A stretch of DNA of 64,000 nt. Origin: a virus. Its lineage: Duplodnaviria > Caudoviricetes. The stretch spans positions 1 through 64,000 of the IMG/VR virus record IMGVR_UViG_3300016265_001297; one strand, 5' to 3'. Below are positions 55,253-64,000 of the stretch, in pieces (position 1 is the first letter of the stretch; every line of letters starts with the position of its first letter). The notes under the pieces are model-generated. The model searched no databases. It saw only the letters and a program-made list of their open reading frames with translations, and was not told the DNA's origin. A program made the translations under genes and the position numbers.

Positions 55253-58200
55253 TGGCTGAAAATCGCTCTATAAATATTCTTGTCAATTTAATTGATAATG
55301 TAAGCGATAAAGCTGACAATATTCAGCGCAAATTAAACGGTCTTGAAAACCGTAAAAAAGCTTATGAAAAAGCTGAAAAAGATGGCGATAAAAAACGCGC
55401 AGCCGAATTAAGAAAATCCTATAAAGAAGATAGAGAAGCAGCACTAGCTGAATTAGAAAAGTTAAATAAACAAAAAGAAAAATATCTCAGTAGGCTAGCC
55501 TCAGAAGAAGCAAAAGAAAGAGATAGGTCTGTTAAGGCCGCGCAAAAAGAATCTGATTCTAAATTAAAAATTGCTGAAAAAGAAGCAGAGGCTAGAGCAA
55601 CTTTAGCTAAAGCGGAAAGAGCAGAAAGAGAACAAGCTGCTAGAGCAAGCACTTTAAGGGTAGCGGCAGAGGAAAGAAAAGCAACATTAGCTTATCAAAA
55701 AGAATTAGATAGAAGAAATAGTTTATCTAGAAATGCTTCAAGGGTTAGGGCTGCTGGAGATATAGCTAGGATTCAGGCAGAAGCAACAAGGGAAACAGAA
55801 AGTATTAGAAATGAAGCTAGAGCAGAAAATAGAAGATTAATTAGGCAAGAAAATGAATTAATTAAAATTCAAAGACAACAACAAATAGAATATGAAAGAA
55901 CTGCTACATTTATGGGCAGGGCAAGATACCAGACAAAATTGTTGGGCGATGAATCTAATAGATTAACAGTAAGGCTTTCAAGAGTAGGTTTGGCAGTAAG
56001 GGGCGTTGTTGTGGCAAATGCTCTAGTTTTTGCTAGAGCATTAATTTCAGTTTTTGTAGCGCTAGCTGGTCAGGCAGTAGCGCTAGCAGGGTCATTAGTT
56101 TATGCAGCGGGAGCATTAGGTGGAGCGTTTGTAGCAGCGGCTTCTCAAGCATTGCCAGTAATAGGCCTGTTAGGGGCTGCTATGAGCAGGCTATCAATTA
56201 TTCAAGAGGCTGTAAATCAAAATGATTTAATGCAAAAACAACAGTTTGGAGATACGGGGGCTGCTGGAGCAGCTTCTGACGCTGCTCAACAAGTAGCAGA
56301 CGCTCAAGACGCTGTAAAAGAAGCACAAGAAAATTTAACAAAAGCAAGACAAGACGCAAAAAGAGAATTAAGAGATTTAATTCTTAGCGAAAAAGAAGCC
56401 GAGCTAGCTTTTAAAAGGTCTGGTTTATCACAAAAAGAAGCAAGAGCAGCGCTAAAAGAAAGAATTTCTACAGGAGAAGGCTCTTATCTTGAATTTCAAA
56501 GCGATATGTTGGCTGTTCCAGAGGCAAGGCTTTCTAGGCGGCGCTCACGCAATGAATTAACTGACACAAGGCAAGACCTAGCAAAAGCATTAAAGGGCGG
56601 CATAGAGGGAATGGAGGGCGTTAAAAATGCTACTAAAGCCCTAGCAAGCGCTCAAAGGCAATTAGCGCAGGCTCAAGCCTCAGCTTCTTCTGGTATGGAC
56701 TCGCAATCTGCCGCCGCAAGCAACTTACAATTTTTCCTTTCTCAGCTAACTCCTACCGAAAGAAAAATATATAAAGCATTTATTGGGTTTAGAGATAGAT
56801 TTAGAGAAGTAATGAGCAGTGTAACAGATATTCTTTTCAAAAGCGTTTTGGGGTCATTTGGAAAAATAGAAAAAGCAATATTTAATCCAAGACTTCTTTC
56901 TGGCTTTAAAAATCTTTCTAGGTCAATAGGCGGAGCTTTTAAAGAACTAATAGGTGTAGTAACAAGCAAAGAGTCACTTAATTTTTGGGATAAAACTTTA
57001 GGGAGAGCAGCTAGCAATATAAAGCCTCTAACTAGTATTGCAAAAAGTCTTTATAAAATATTTATGAATATTGCTGACGCTGCTGGCCCTGCTTTTAAAG
57101 AAATTTTATCATTAATAAATGGCGAGTTTAAAAAATTTGAAAAAACAACAAATAATAAAAAAGGCGTAAGAGCATTTTTTGATACTGGAATAAAACAACT
57201 AAAAGCTTGGGGTAGATTAATAGGTTCTGTTATAGAGTTGTTTGCTGAACTATTTGGCGCTTCAAGTGAATCAGCGTTAAACACACTAGATGATTTAACT
57301 AAAAGAATTGATAAAGCCACGGCTTGGATTAGAGAAAATCCAAAACAAGTCCAAGAATTTTTTATGGCTACTTCTGTCGCTTTTGGTTATTTGCTTGATA
57401 TTGTAGAGCATGTAGGTGCCGCAATGTTAAGGCTATTTGATGCCGACACAATTGAAACTTTTTCAATTATTGTTGACGATGTTTTAATTCCAGCATTAGT
57501 CGGGGCGATTGAAACTTTTGCAGTAGTGGTAGAGCTTTTTGAAGCTTTTATTAGAATACCTTTTGTGCCTCAAGTTTTAGCTATGTTAGGTGCGGTTAAA
57601 ATATTTACAGGTTCACTAGGACTTCTCTTGGCGTTGCTAAAAAGCTTGGTTATGCCACTTTGGAGATTTGCTAATGTTTTATTTCCTGCTGCTACCGCAT
57701 CAATGAAAGCTTTCTTTGCTGCAGAAAACTGGAGTTATGCAGCGCTTAAAGAAACTTTTAAAAAAGCCGCTAGGGAAGTTTTGTTTTTTGTGCAATATGT
57801 AAAAAGCACAAATGTTGGTCAAGCCTTTGTTAATGCTTGGAATTCTACTGTAACTCCTTTCTTTGCAAATGTATTTCCTAAGCGCTTTAGAGGCTTTTTA
57901 GGAGGGAGGTTAAAAGGAATTGCTGGTAAAGTAGGAAAAGGCGCAGGTATTATTTTCGCTGCAGCAATGCTGGCTGGACTAGTTGATAGTTTAAGTGACG
58001 GAAAGTTCTTCATTAAGTTTGAAGAATTTAGTATAAAATTAGTTGCTTTATTAGTTGATGCTTTTGAAGCTGGAATAAATATAATTATTGGCGGGTTAAA
58101 TAAATTAATTGATTTATTTAATAAAGTTAAGCCCGGGCCTGATATTAGTCCAGTTCAAGAAGTTGATTTTGGTATGGGCGAAAGAGCAAAAGAAATAATT

Positions 58201-61200
58201 TTTGCTCAAAAATTAAAAACAATTGAAGAAGAAATTAACGCTTTAAGGGCTAGCGGCAACGCAAAAACAAGTGAAGCTGTTAGAAACAGAATTAAAGGGC
58301 TAGAAAAAGAAAGAGAATCTGTAATAAACAGGTATAGAAAAGAAAAAGAGCTACAACAATCACTTGAAAAAGGCAAGAGAGCCTTAGGTGGGGCTGATGT
58401 ATCTCCCATAACACCTAGATATGATAGGCAACAGCAAAGAAGAATGTTCGGTCCTGACTTAATTCCTCGTAGCGGTGATGAAAAAAGAACTTCTAAAGAA
58501 ACTAAAGAAATTGAAAAAAATACAGAAGCTAAAAAAGAAAATGCTAAAGCAACAATGCGTTTGGCTAATCGTCAAGAAGATTCTGCAACAGCTACTAGGA
58601 AAGCAGCTAGAAGACAATCTGAACAAAGAGAAGAAGTTAAAAGAAATCGTTTTCAGCAAGCTTTACTTGGAAACAAGCTAGAAGAAAATAAAGACGCTCA
58701 AAATAAGTTTGATAAGGCGACTAGTAGAGCAACAAAGCAATCTGATTCACAAAGGAAAGGAGCTAAAAAGCTAAGTAAAGGCTTAGGCTCTCTTGATAAA
58801 GTTGTTCGTGGTGTAGGCGGGAACTCTCGCGGGCTAGGAAAAATCTTTGGCGATGTTACTAACAAGGTTCTTTCTCAGTTTGGTGTTAAAAAACTTTCGT
58901 TCAGCCTTCCGTCAGTAGAATCAGTATTTGAAGCCGCAACAGATATTGTAGGCGGCGCTTTTGCCGAAGGTGGTTATTTCGGAGATAAATCATTAAGAAA
59001 CCGTGATGATAGACTAATTGCGGTAGCCGGTGGAGAAGCAATTCTTACTGGTTATCATCAGCCAGAAGTTAATAAAGCTATGGCGTTTGCTAATGCTTAT
59101 GGCGTTTCTAGGTTTAATAGTCTTGATTCTATGTTTAGCGGAGAAAAGCGTCCACATTATACAGCGCCGGGTTACAATACTGGCGGCAGAGTACCGGGAT
59201 TTGCTACTGGAGGATACCCCGGACTTACTGGCGACCTAGACTTCGGTGTTCCTCTCGGACGCGCTCTTTCAAGAATGGCTATTTCTACTGGCACTCCTAT
59301 TTATGTTCAGGATGGCGGAAGAACTATGGCTGAACAGGCAATTCTTTATCAAAGATGGTTAGACGGAACAGGAAACTTAGCTGCCGCGCCTAATGCTAAT
59401 GCTCCACATATTAGGGGTATTGCTGCTGACATTACTCCCGGCAGTGAGGTTTTTGGAAGTGTTGCTGGAAGGTTCGGACTTGGATTCACAGTACCCGGCG
59501 AATCTTGGCACATTGAATTATTAAGCGGTGAAAGTTTCGGTATGGGCGGCGCAGGAATGGTTGCTCCGCAAATTAAAAAGATTGAGATTAAAGGTCCAGA
59601 TGGTCCATACAAGAGTATGCTAACTGGAGAAGAAAAGGTATTAAGAGAAGCAGCTAACGAATACTTAAAAGCTAATTTGCCAACAGATGAGGGCGGCACT
59701 CTACCAATATCTGTTCAAAACATAGAAGACTTTAGTGCTATTAATAGAATTTTCCCTGAACATAACTCAGCTTATGGAGATTGGGGAGGAACTAAGCTTC
59801 CATTTAACTTAGTTGCTGCTCTTGCACAGGCAGTAGGCCTGCCCGGAATTACTTTTGCTCAGATTGCTATTGGTGAATCAGGATTGCGTCCCGGCGCTAC
59901 AGGCATTGACCCCGGAGGAACTAAGGGTCTAGGCTTGTGGATGATCACAACCGGATATAACGATGAACTAATTGCTCAGTTTGGCGGTCAAGCTCAGATG
60001 CGTAACCCAGTTAAAAACGCTATGGCCGCTAAGATGATTTATGATAGTCAGGGAACTGGAGCTTGGTACGGAACAGGATTTGTTACTGACTTTAATAATC
60101 CTTATACTGGAAAGGTTCCTTCAATTGGTCGTAAACAAACTGGCGGTGAAATTCCTGAATTTAATGACGGCGGTGTTGTGCCGGGTAGAATGGGAGAGCC
60201 AGTTATTGCAAGAGTGCATGCTGGAGAAACAATTCTGCCAACTCATAGAAGGTTTGCAGGGGGAGGAAATGTTCCTAGCTCAAATAACAACAACGCAGAT
60301 AAAGAGTGGCAAAAAGATTGGAAAAAGGGAGAAGCAAAAGAAGATGATAAAAAGAAAGAGTGGACTCCAAAGCCAGCAGAAATGTTCACAAAAGGCTTTT
60401 TGGGAGGCCTTGAAGAACTAAGCGCTGCGTTTAGAGGAATTAGCGTAGCTTTAACTAAATCTGAGTTTGCAAAGAAATCAAAAACAATCAAGGAAGAAAT
60501 TAAAAACCTTGATAAAAGACTTGAAAAATTCTTTGACGCAATTGGTACTGCTGGACGAGAGTTTGAAGAGCTTGTAACAGACCAAACTAGAAAATTAAAC
60601 CTTTGGGCTTATAAGGTTATCGGAGGATATGCTTCTCAAGTTAAAACAACTGAACAAATATCTCAAAGAGAGCTTGAAAATCTTAAACAGCAAAGCAAAT
60701 ATTTAAGAAATCAAGAACGAATGATTGAAAATACTTATAGAGACTTACAAAAAGAATTTAAGGGAACTGATAAAGAGCAAAAGAAGCTTCGGCAAAAACT
60801 TCGCTTTGCAATGAGAAAAGCCAGAGGCGAAATGCAAAATATTCAAGATAAAATGATTGAAAACATTCAGGCTCAAATTGAAGCTCAAAGAACTGCTTTC
60901 GATGAAGCTATGGCAAAATTTGATGTTAAGCGGTCAATACTTGATGTTAAGTTAAGAATTCAAGAAGCTTTAGGCGAAGTAGATATGAAAACAAGAAAAG
61001 AGGAACTACAAAAACAGCTTGACGAAGCTAAAGCAGCAGGCGATCAAGGTAGGGTTGATGAACTAACAAAACAAATTAGTGATATTGAAAGCGGCAAAAA
61101 TCCCAATCAGCAAGCAATGATTGATTTAATTAATCAAGACACTAATGTTTTACAAGCTGCAAGAAAAAGAATTCAAAAAGACTTAGCTAAAGCAAGAAAA

Positions 61201-61656
61201 GCTGGCGACCAACAAAGAGTTGATGAATTAACACAGCAGTTATTAGACAACCAGCTTGCTATAATAGAGAATAACCTTAGAATAAAAGAACTAACGGAGG
61301 CTACCGAAGACAACACAGAGACTACCGAAGAAAATACACAGGAAACCTTTAACTTTACTTCTACAGCTTGGGATAAATTTAGGTTTGCAGTATTACAAGG
61401 AACAGGAGTAAGCCCAGACCTTACTGGAACAATTCCTCAAATGGCTTCTGGAGGATTTGTTTCAAGAGAAGGCTTGGCATACCTACACTCAGCAGAGGTT
61501 GTGGTGCCTGCTGGACAGGCAGATAAATTTATGAGTATGGGTTCAGGTGGTCCGTTAGTAGAAAATATTAACTTTACACAACCTATGGAAGTAGCAGACC
61601 CGATTGCTGTAAGCAATCAGATCGGATTTAAACTATCAACACTAAAATCTTTATAA
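55252..61656 (+). CDS. tape measure protein with M15-like peptidase and lytic transglycosylase domains
   Basis: 2134 aa, helical. GGRTMAEQ..APHIRGIAAD..ESWH; IAIGESG..GLWMI..NPVKNA..GAWYG. Confidence 0.9.
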   Translation: MAENRSINILVNLIDNVSDKADNIQRKLNGLENRKKAYEKAEKDGDKKRAAELRKSYKEDREAALAELEKLNKQKEKYLSRLASEEAKERDRSVKAAQKESDSKLKIAEKEAEARATLAKAERAEREQAARASTLRVAAEERKATLAYQKELDRRNSLSRNASRVRAAGDIARIQAEATRETESIRNEARAENRRLIRQENELIKIQRQQQIEYERTATFMGRARYQTKLLGDESNRLTVRLSRVGLAVRGVVVANALVFARALISVFVALAGQAVALAGSLVYAAGALGGAFVAAASQALPVIGLLGAAMSRLSIIQEAVNQNDLMQKQQFGDTGAAGAASDAAQQVADAQDAVKEAQENLTKARQDAKRELRDLILSEKEAELAFKRSGLSQKEARAALKERISTGEGSYLEFQSDMLAVPEARLSRRRSRNELTDTRQDLAKALKGGIEGMEGVKNATKALASAQRQLAQAQASASSGMDSQSAAASNLQFFLSQLTPTERKIYKAFIGFRDRFREVMSSVTDILFKSVLGSFGKIEKAIFNPRLLSGFKNLSRSIGGAFKELIGVVTSKESLNFWDKTLGRAASNIKPLTSIAKSLYKIFMNIADAAGPAFKEILSLINGEFKKFEKTTNNKKGVRAFFDTGIKQLKAWGRLIGSVIELFAELFGASSESALNTLDDLTKRIDKATAWIRENPKQVQEFFMATSVAFGYLLDIVEHVGAAMLRLFDADTIETFSIIVDDVLIPALVGAIETFAVVVELFEAFIRIPFVPQVLAMLGAVKIFTGSLGLLLALLKSLVMPLWRFANVLFPAATASMKAFFAAENWSYAALKETFKKAAREVLFFVQYVKSTNVGQAFVNAWNSTVTPFFANVFPKRFRGFLGGRLKGIAGKVGKGAGIIFAAAMLAGLVDSLSDGKFFIKFEEFSIKLVALLVDAFEAGINIIIGGLNKLIDLFNKVKPGPDISPVQEVDFGMGERAKEIIFAQKLKTIEEEINALRASGNAKTSEAVRNRIKGLEKERESVINRYRKEKELQQSLEKGKRALGGADVSPITPRYDRQQQRRMFGPDLIPRSGDEKRTSKETKEIEKNTEAKKENAKATMRLANRQEDSATATRKAARRQSEQREEVKRNRFQQALLGNKLEENKDAQNKFDKATSRATKQSDSQRKGAKKLSKGLGSLDKVVRGVGGNSRGLGKIFGDVTNKVLSQFGVKKLSFSLPSVESVFEAATDIVGGAFAEGGYFGDKSLRNRDDRLIAVAGGEAILTGYHQPEVNKAMAFANAYGVSRFNSLDSMFSGEKRPHYTAPGYNTGGRVPGFATGGYPGLTGDLDFGVPLGRALSRMAISTGTPIYVQDGGRTMAEQAILYQRWLDGTGNLAAAPNANAPHIRGIAADITPGSEVFGSVAGRFGLGFTVPGESWHIELLSGESFGMGGAGMVAPQIKKIEIKGPDGPYKSMLTGEEKVLREAANEYLKANLPTDEGGTLPISVQNIEDFSAINRIFPEHNSAYGDWGGTKLPFNLVAALAQAVGLPGITFAQIAIGESGLRPGATGIDPGGTKGLGLWMITTGYNDELIAQFGGQAQMRNPVKNAMAAKMIYDSQGTGAWYGTGFVTDFNNPYTGKVPSIGRKQTGGEIPEFNDGGVVPGRMGEPVIARVHAGETILPTHRRFAGGGNVPSSNNNNADKEWQKDWKKGEAKEDDKKKEWTPKPAEMFTKGFLGGLEELSAAFRGISVALTKSEFAKKSKTIKEEIKNLDKRLEKFFDAIGTAGREFEELVTDQTRKLNLWAYKVIGGYASQVKTTEQISQRELENLKQQSKYLRNQERMIENTYRDLQKEFKGTDKEQKKLRQKLRFAMRKARGEMQNIQDKMIENIQAQIEAQRTAFDEAMAKFDVKRSILDVKLRIQEALGEVDMKTRKEELQKQLDEAKAAGDQGRVDELTKQISDIESGKNPNQQAMIDLINQDTNVLQAARKRIQKDLAKARKAGDQQRVDELTQQLLDNQLAIIENNLRIKELTEATEDNTETTEENTQETFNFTSTAWDKFRFAVLQGTGVSPDLTGTIPQMASGGFVSREGLAYLHSAEVVVPAGQADKFMSMGSGGPLVENINFTQPMEVADPIAVSNQIGFKLSTLKSL

Positions 61657-61668
61657 AGAAGGAGAATT

Positions 61669-62496
61669 ATGGCACAAAGATCAGGATTTGATGCGGTTTT
61701 CCTAAATGATCAAGGCCAACCGCTCACAGATTTAAATATTAGGGTTTTAGACGGAAACGGCAATCAGGTTCAAGTATATGAAACAAAAACCGGCACTAGT
61801 CTAAAACCGCAGCCTATTACTACTATTTCAGCTAACAAAGGACTAGTTCAATTTTGGGCTGACCCCGGATATTATCAAGTAGAAGTTTCAGATACACAGA
61901 TTCCAGCTAGAATTGCAACAAGAGTAGTTCCTTTTGACGCAGTTGCTGGTGACACTACTTTAGGAGCAGAAGGCATTAGTCTTTCTCAAGTACCTACTGT
62001 AACAAACTCAAAAATTGGTGAAGCAGCAATTACAGAATCAAAAATTGGTGATCGTCAAGTAGGAACCCTTAAAATTAAACAAAAAGCAGTTGACTGGGGA
62101 GAAATTAATGATAATGCTATCCGCGCAAATCATATTTTAGACGGTCAAGTTACTGGAACTAAAGTAGATTTAACTAGGTATAAAGCAACTTTAGGATATA
62201 ATGCTTCTCCAGCAAATCTTGGCTGGAATGATTACTTGCATTTAACTATGCCCGCAGGAATTTATTTTTTGATGGTAAGCGGTTCTTATTCTAATAATGC
62301 AGAATATACTGCTCAAATAACAATGACTGATGGGTATCACTTTAGTACCTATGGCATTGATGTAGCTAGGAATAGCTCTTTTGCTAGGCAAGATATTACT
62401 TACACAAATGGAAATGTTAGATTTTCTATTTACCCATATGGCGGAAAAGCTGGACTTGCTGCTGGAACTCAAATGACCGCAATAAGGATAGGATAA
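61669..62496 (+). CDS. minor tail / fibre-like protein
   Basis: GLVQFWADPGYY Ig-like N-terminus, ITESKI-type repeats. Confidence 0.55.
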   Translation: MAQRSGFDAVFLNDQGQPLTDLNIRVLDGNGNQVQVYETKTGTSLKPQPITTISANKGLVQFWADPGYYQVEVSDTQIPARIATRVVPFDAVAGDTTLGAEGISLSQVPTVTNSKIGEAAITESKIGDRQVGTLKIKQKAVDWGEINDNAIRANHILDGQVTGTKVDLTRYKATLGYNASPANLGWNDYLHLTMPAGIYFLMVSGSYSNNAEYTAQITMTDGYHFSTYGIDVARNSSFARQDITYTNGNVRFSIYPYGGKAGLAAGTQMTAIRIG

Positions 62497-62498
62497 TT

Positions 62499-62915
62499 AT
62501 GACTATTGAAGAAATTAAAAATTTAATGGAAAGCCTAACCGACTATTCAGATTCTGAAACAAAGGCTACTCTTGAATTAAAAGCTAGTGTTCATGAAGAG
62601 ATTAGGCAAGAATATGTTATTAACGCCGACATTATTTTAGACAAAGAAAAAGTTGGAGAAATTATTTTTACATTTTTAATTGATAAAAATTCTCTAAAGC
62701 TTTCTTATTCTGATATGAGCGAAGAATTGATTGGTCAAGGTATCGGAGGAAGATATGTAGAATATGCAACAAATAAAGCTTCTCAAGCTGGCGCTGATTA
62801 TATTTTCGCTAATGCTGTAAGTGATGTTGCAAAAAATATGTATGTTTCTGCTGGCTGGACTACAGCGCCTTCTGAGCTAGGCGATGCTGGCGAAATTTTA
62901 GCATTAAAACTATAA
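62499..62915 (+). CDS. GNAT-family acetyltransferase
   Basis: GQGIGGRYVEYA...AGADYIFANAVSDVAKNMYVSAGW. Confidence 0.7.
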   Translation: MTIEEIKNLMESLTDYSDSETKATLELKASVHEEIRQEYVINADIILDKEKVGEIIFTFLIDKNSLKLSYSDMSEELIGQGIGGRYVEYATNKASQAGADYIFANAVSDVAKNMYVSAGWTTAPSELGDAGEILALKL

Positions 62916-62916
62916 A

Positions 62917-64000
62917 ATGACTAAGCAGTATATAACTTATCCAACTAGTGATAACTATAAGTGGCAAGGCGACCCTGATGTTTCACTAGTTGGTACTGGT
63001 TACTCTGTTCCTAGAGGAATTGAGGCTATCCTAAGTTATAATGGTGTTGTTTTTAATGATACCTCTGTAGTTGATAAATATAGAGTTTTAAGCATTGACG
63101 GCCTAGCTGACCCTGATATTAGAGATAGCCGCGAAGATGTTCCCGGTGATGATGGTGAAGATGCCTACGATGCTTATTATGGCGGAAGAACGATTGTAAT
63201 AAGATTAAGAATTGAAGCTTTTCAGCTAGATAAACTAAGGGATATGGAAGAGGCTTTAAGAACTGCTTTTGCTGTAATTGAAGAAAAGCCTCTTTACTTT
63301 CTTACTGACGACCCTGAAAAAGATCACTATATTAATTGTAGAAAATCTGCTTCATTGTCTAAAGAAGATAATGTTCAAACTTTTGGTCAAAGGCACTTTA
63401 GAGAATGGCAAATTACTCTCCGGGCTTCTGACCCTAGATTTTATAGAGTAAAGAAAAAGTTTTTAAGCCGGTTTATTAATAGAGGCCCAACTGAATTAAA
63501 TAACTCTTCTTCTTCTGGTTTTGGATATAGCACATACAGAAAAAATTTAACTGATAGCGTTCCAACTTTTGCTATTTCTTTAGGAGAAACTAGCGGAACA
63601 ACTAATCTTTCTTCTGCTTCACATACAATTAATACTTCTGGAAGTGTCACTGTTGGTAATTATCCTTTAGGCGTTTTCGGGAATGAAAACGATGGCGCTA
63701 CTACTTTTGACAATATTGACGATAGCATAACTACAAATTATCAATGGTGTTCAAATACATTAGACAGAACATTATCTATTTGGTTTAGGCCAGAAGATAT
63801 TCCTTTAACTTCTGGTGCGCCTGCTTCTGGAACCTCTGCTTCTCAGGCTTCTGCTTCATCTGCTGTATATACATTGTTTGGGAGCGACAATTCTTCTGGT
63901 GGTCAAATAGGTATAAATAGCAGTGGTCAAGTATTTTTACAAACTCATACTAGCAGCGCTTCTACTAGAACTTTCTTTGGCGCTACTGCAGATCAAAATA
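62917..64000 (+). CDS. distal tail (Dit)-like protein with LamG-like insertion (partial, runs off the window)
   Basis: Open frame to the window end; YYGGRTIVI...ITLRASDPRFY, then TTFDNIDD...TLSIWFRP. Confidence 0.75.
   Translation, partial: MTKQYITYPTSDNYKWQGDPDVSLVGTGYSVPRGIEAILSYNGVVFNDTSVVDKYRVLSIDGLADPDIRDSREDVPGDDGEDAYDAYYGGRTIVIRLRIEAFQLDKLRDMEEALRTAFAVIEEKPLYFLTDDPEKDHYINCRKSASLSKEDNVQTFGQRHFREWQITLRASDPRFYRVKKKFLSRFINRGPTELNNSSSSGFGYSTYRKNLTDSVPTFAISLGETSGTTNLSSASHTINTSGSVTVGNYPLGVFGNENDGATTFDNIDDSITTNYQWCSNTLDRTLSIWFRPEDIPLTSGAPASGTSASQASASSAVYTLFGSDNSSGGQIGINSSGQVFLQTHTSSASTRTFFGATADQN

Noticed and set aside
1244-63650. Many short antisense or nested ORFs in the supplied track (e.g. 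1244, 3321, 6981, 42865, 56742, 60041)
   Set aside because: They overlap well-supported genes on the other strand or frame and have no RBS or motifs.
1-64000. Stop-codon reassignment
   Set aside because: Conserved genes are full length and end normally with TAA, TAG or TGA; no suppressor tRNA seen.
1-64000. Prophage integration module or transposon
   Set aside because: No integrase, transposase, repressor-antirepressor switch or host flanking genes are recognisable in the window.

Overview
The window is a 64 kb slice of a large, AT-rich, tailed dsDNA phage genome (siphovirus-like: long tape measure, tail-chaperone frameshift, Dit-like gene). No integrase, CRISPR array or reverse transcriptase is visible. 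Order along the window: (1) end of a replication/recombination block (DnaE C-terminus, RecA, Cas4/AddB-like exonuclease, RuvC-like resolvase) running into terminase and a portal-MuF fusion (1-11.2 kb). (2) A ~19 kb rightward early/host-takeover region of small acidic ORFs with repeated sigma70-type promoters, hairpin leaders, ArdC, three ArdA-like paralogs, a DenV-like glycosylase and two tRNAs (12.2-31.4 kb). (3) A convergence zone with an A-rich tract, a G-quadruplex motif, a CRP-type box and one GC-rich AT-hook gene (31.4-32.8 kb). (4) A leftward block with tRNA-Tyr, ThyX, a secreted NlpC/P60 + Rpf-like pair, a nucleotidase and a dNMP kinase (33-38.6 kb). (5) Phosphoesterase, lysis, head and tail genes (38.8-64 kb). 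The Rpf domain, AGAAAGGA-type RBSs and a leaderless-type promoter suggest an actinobacterial host (inference). Best leads: a promoter- and terminator-bounded ~100-nt RNA whose pyrimidine loop is complementary to the extended RBS of the early genes (plus a second RNA of similar build); a secreted Rpf + RipA-like hydrolase pair behind a bistable leader; and the GC-rich AT-hook cassette. All family assignments come from motif recognition by eye and need HMM confirmation.
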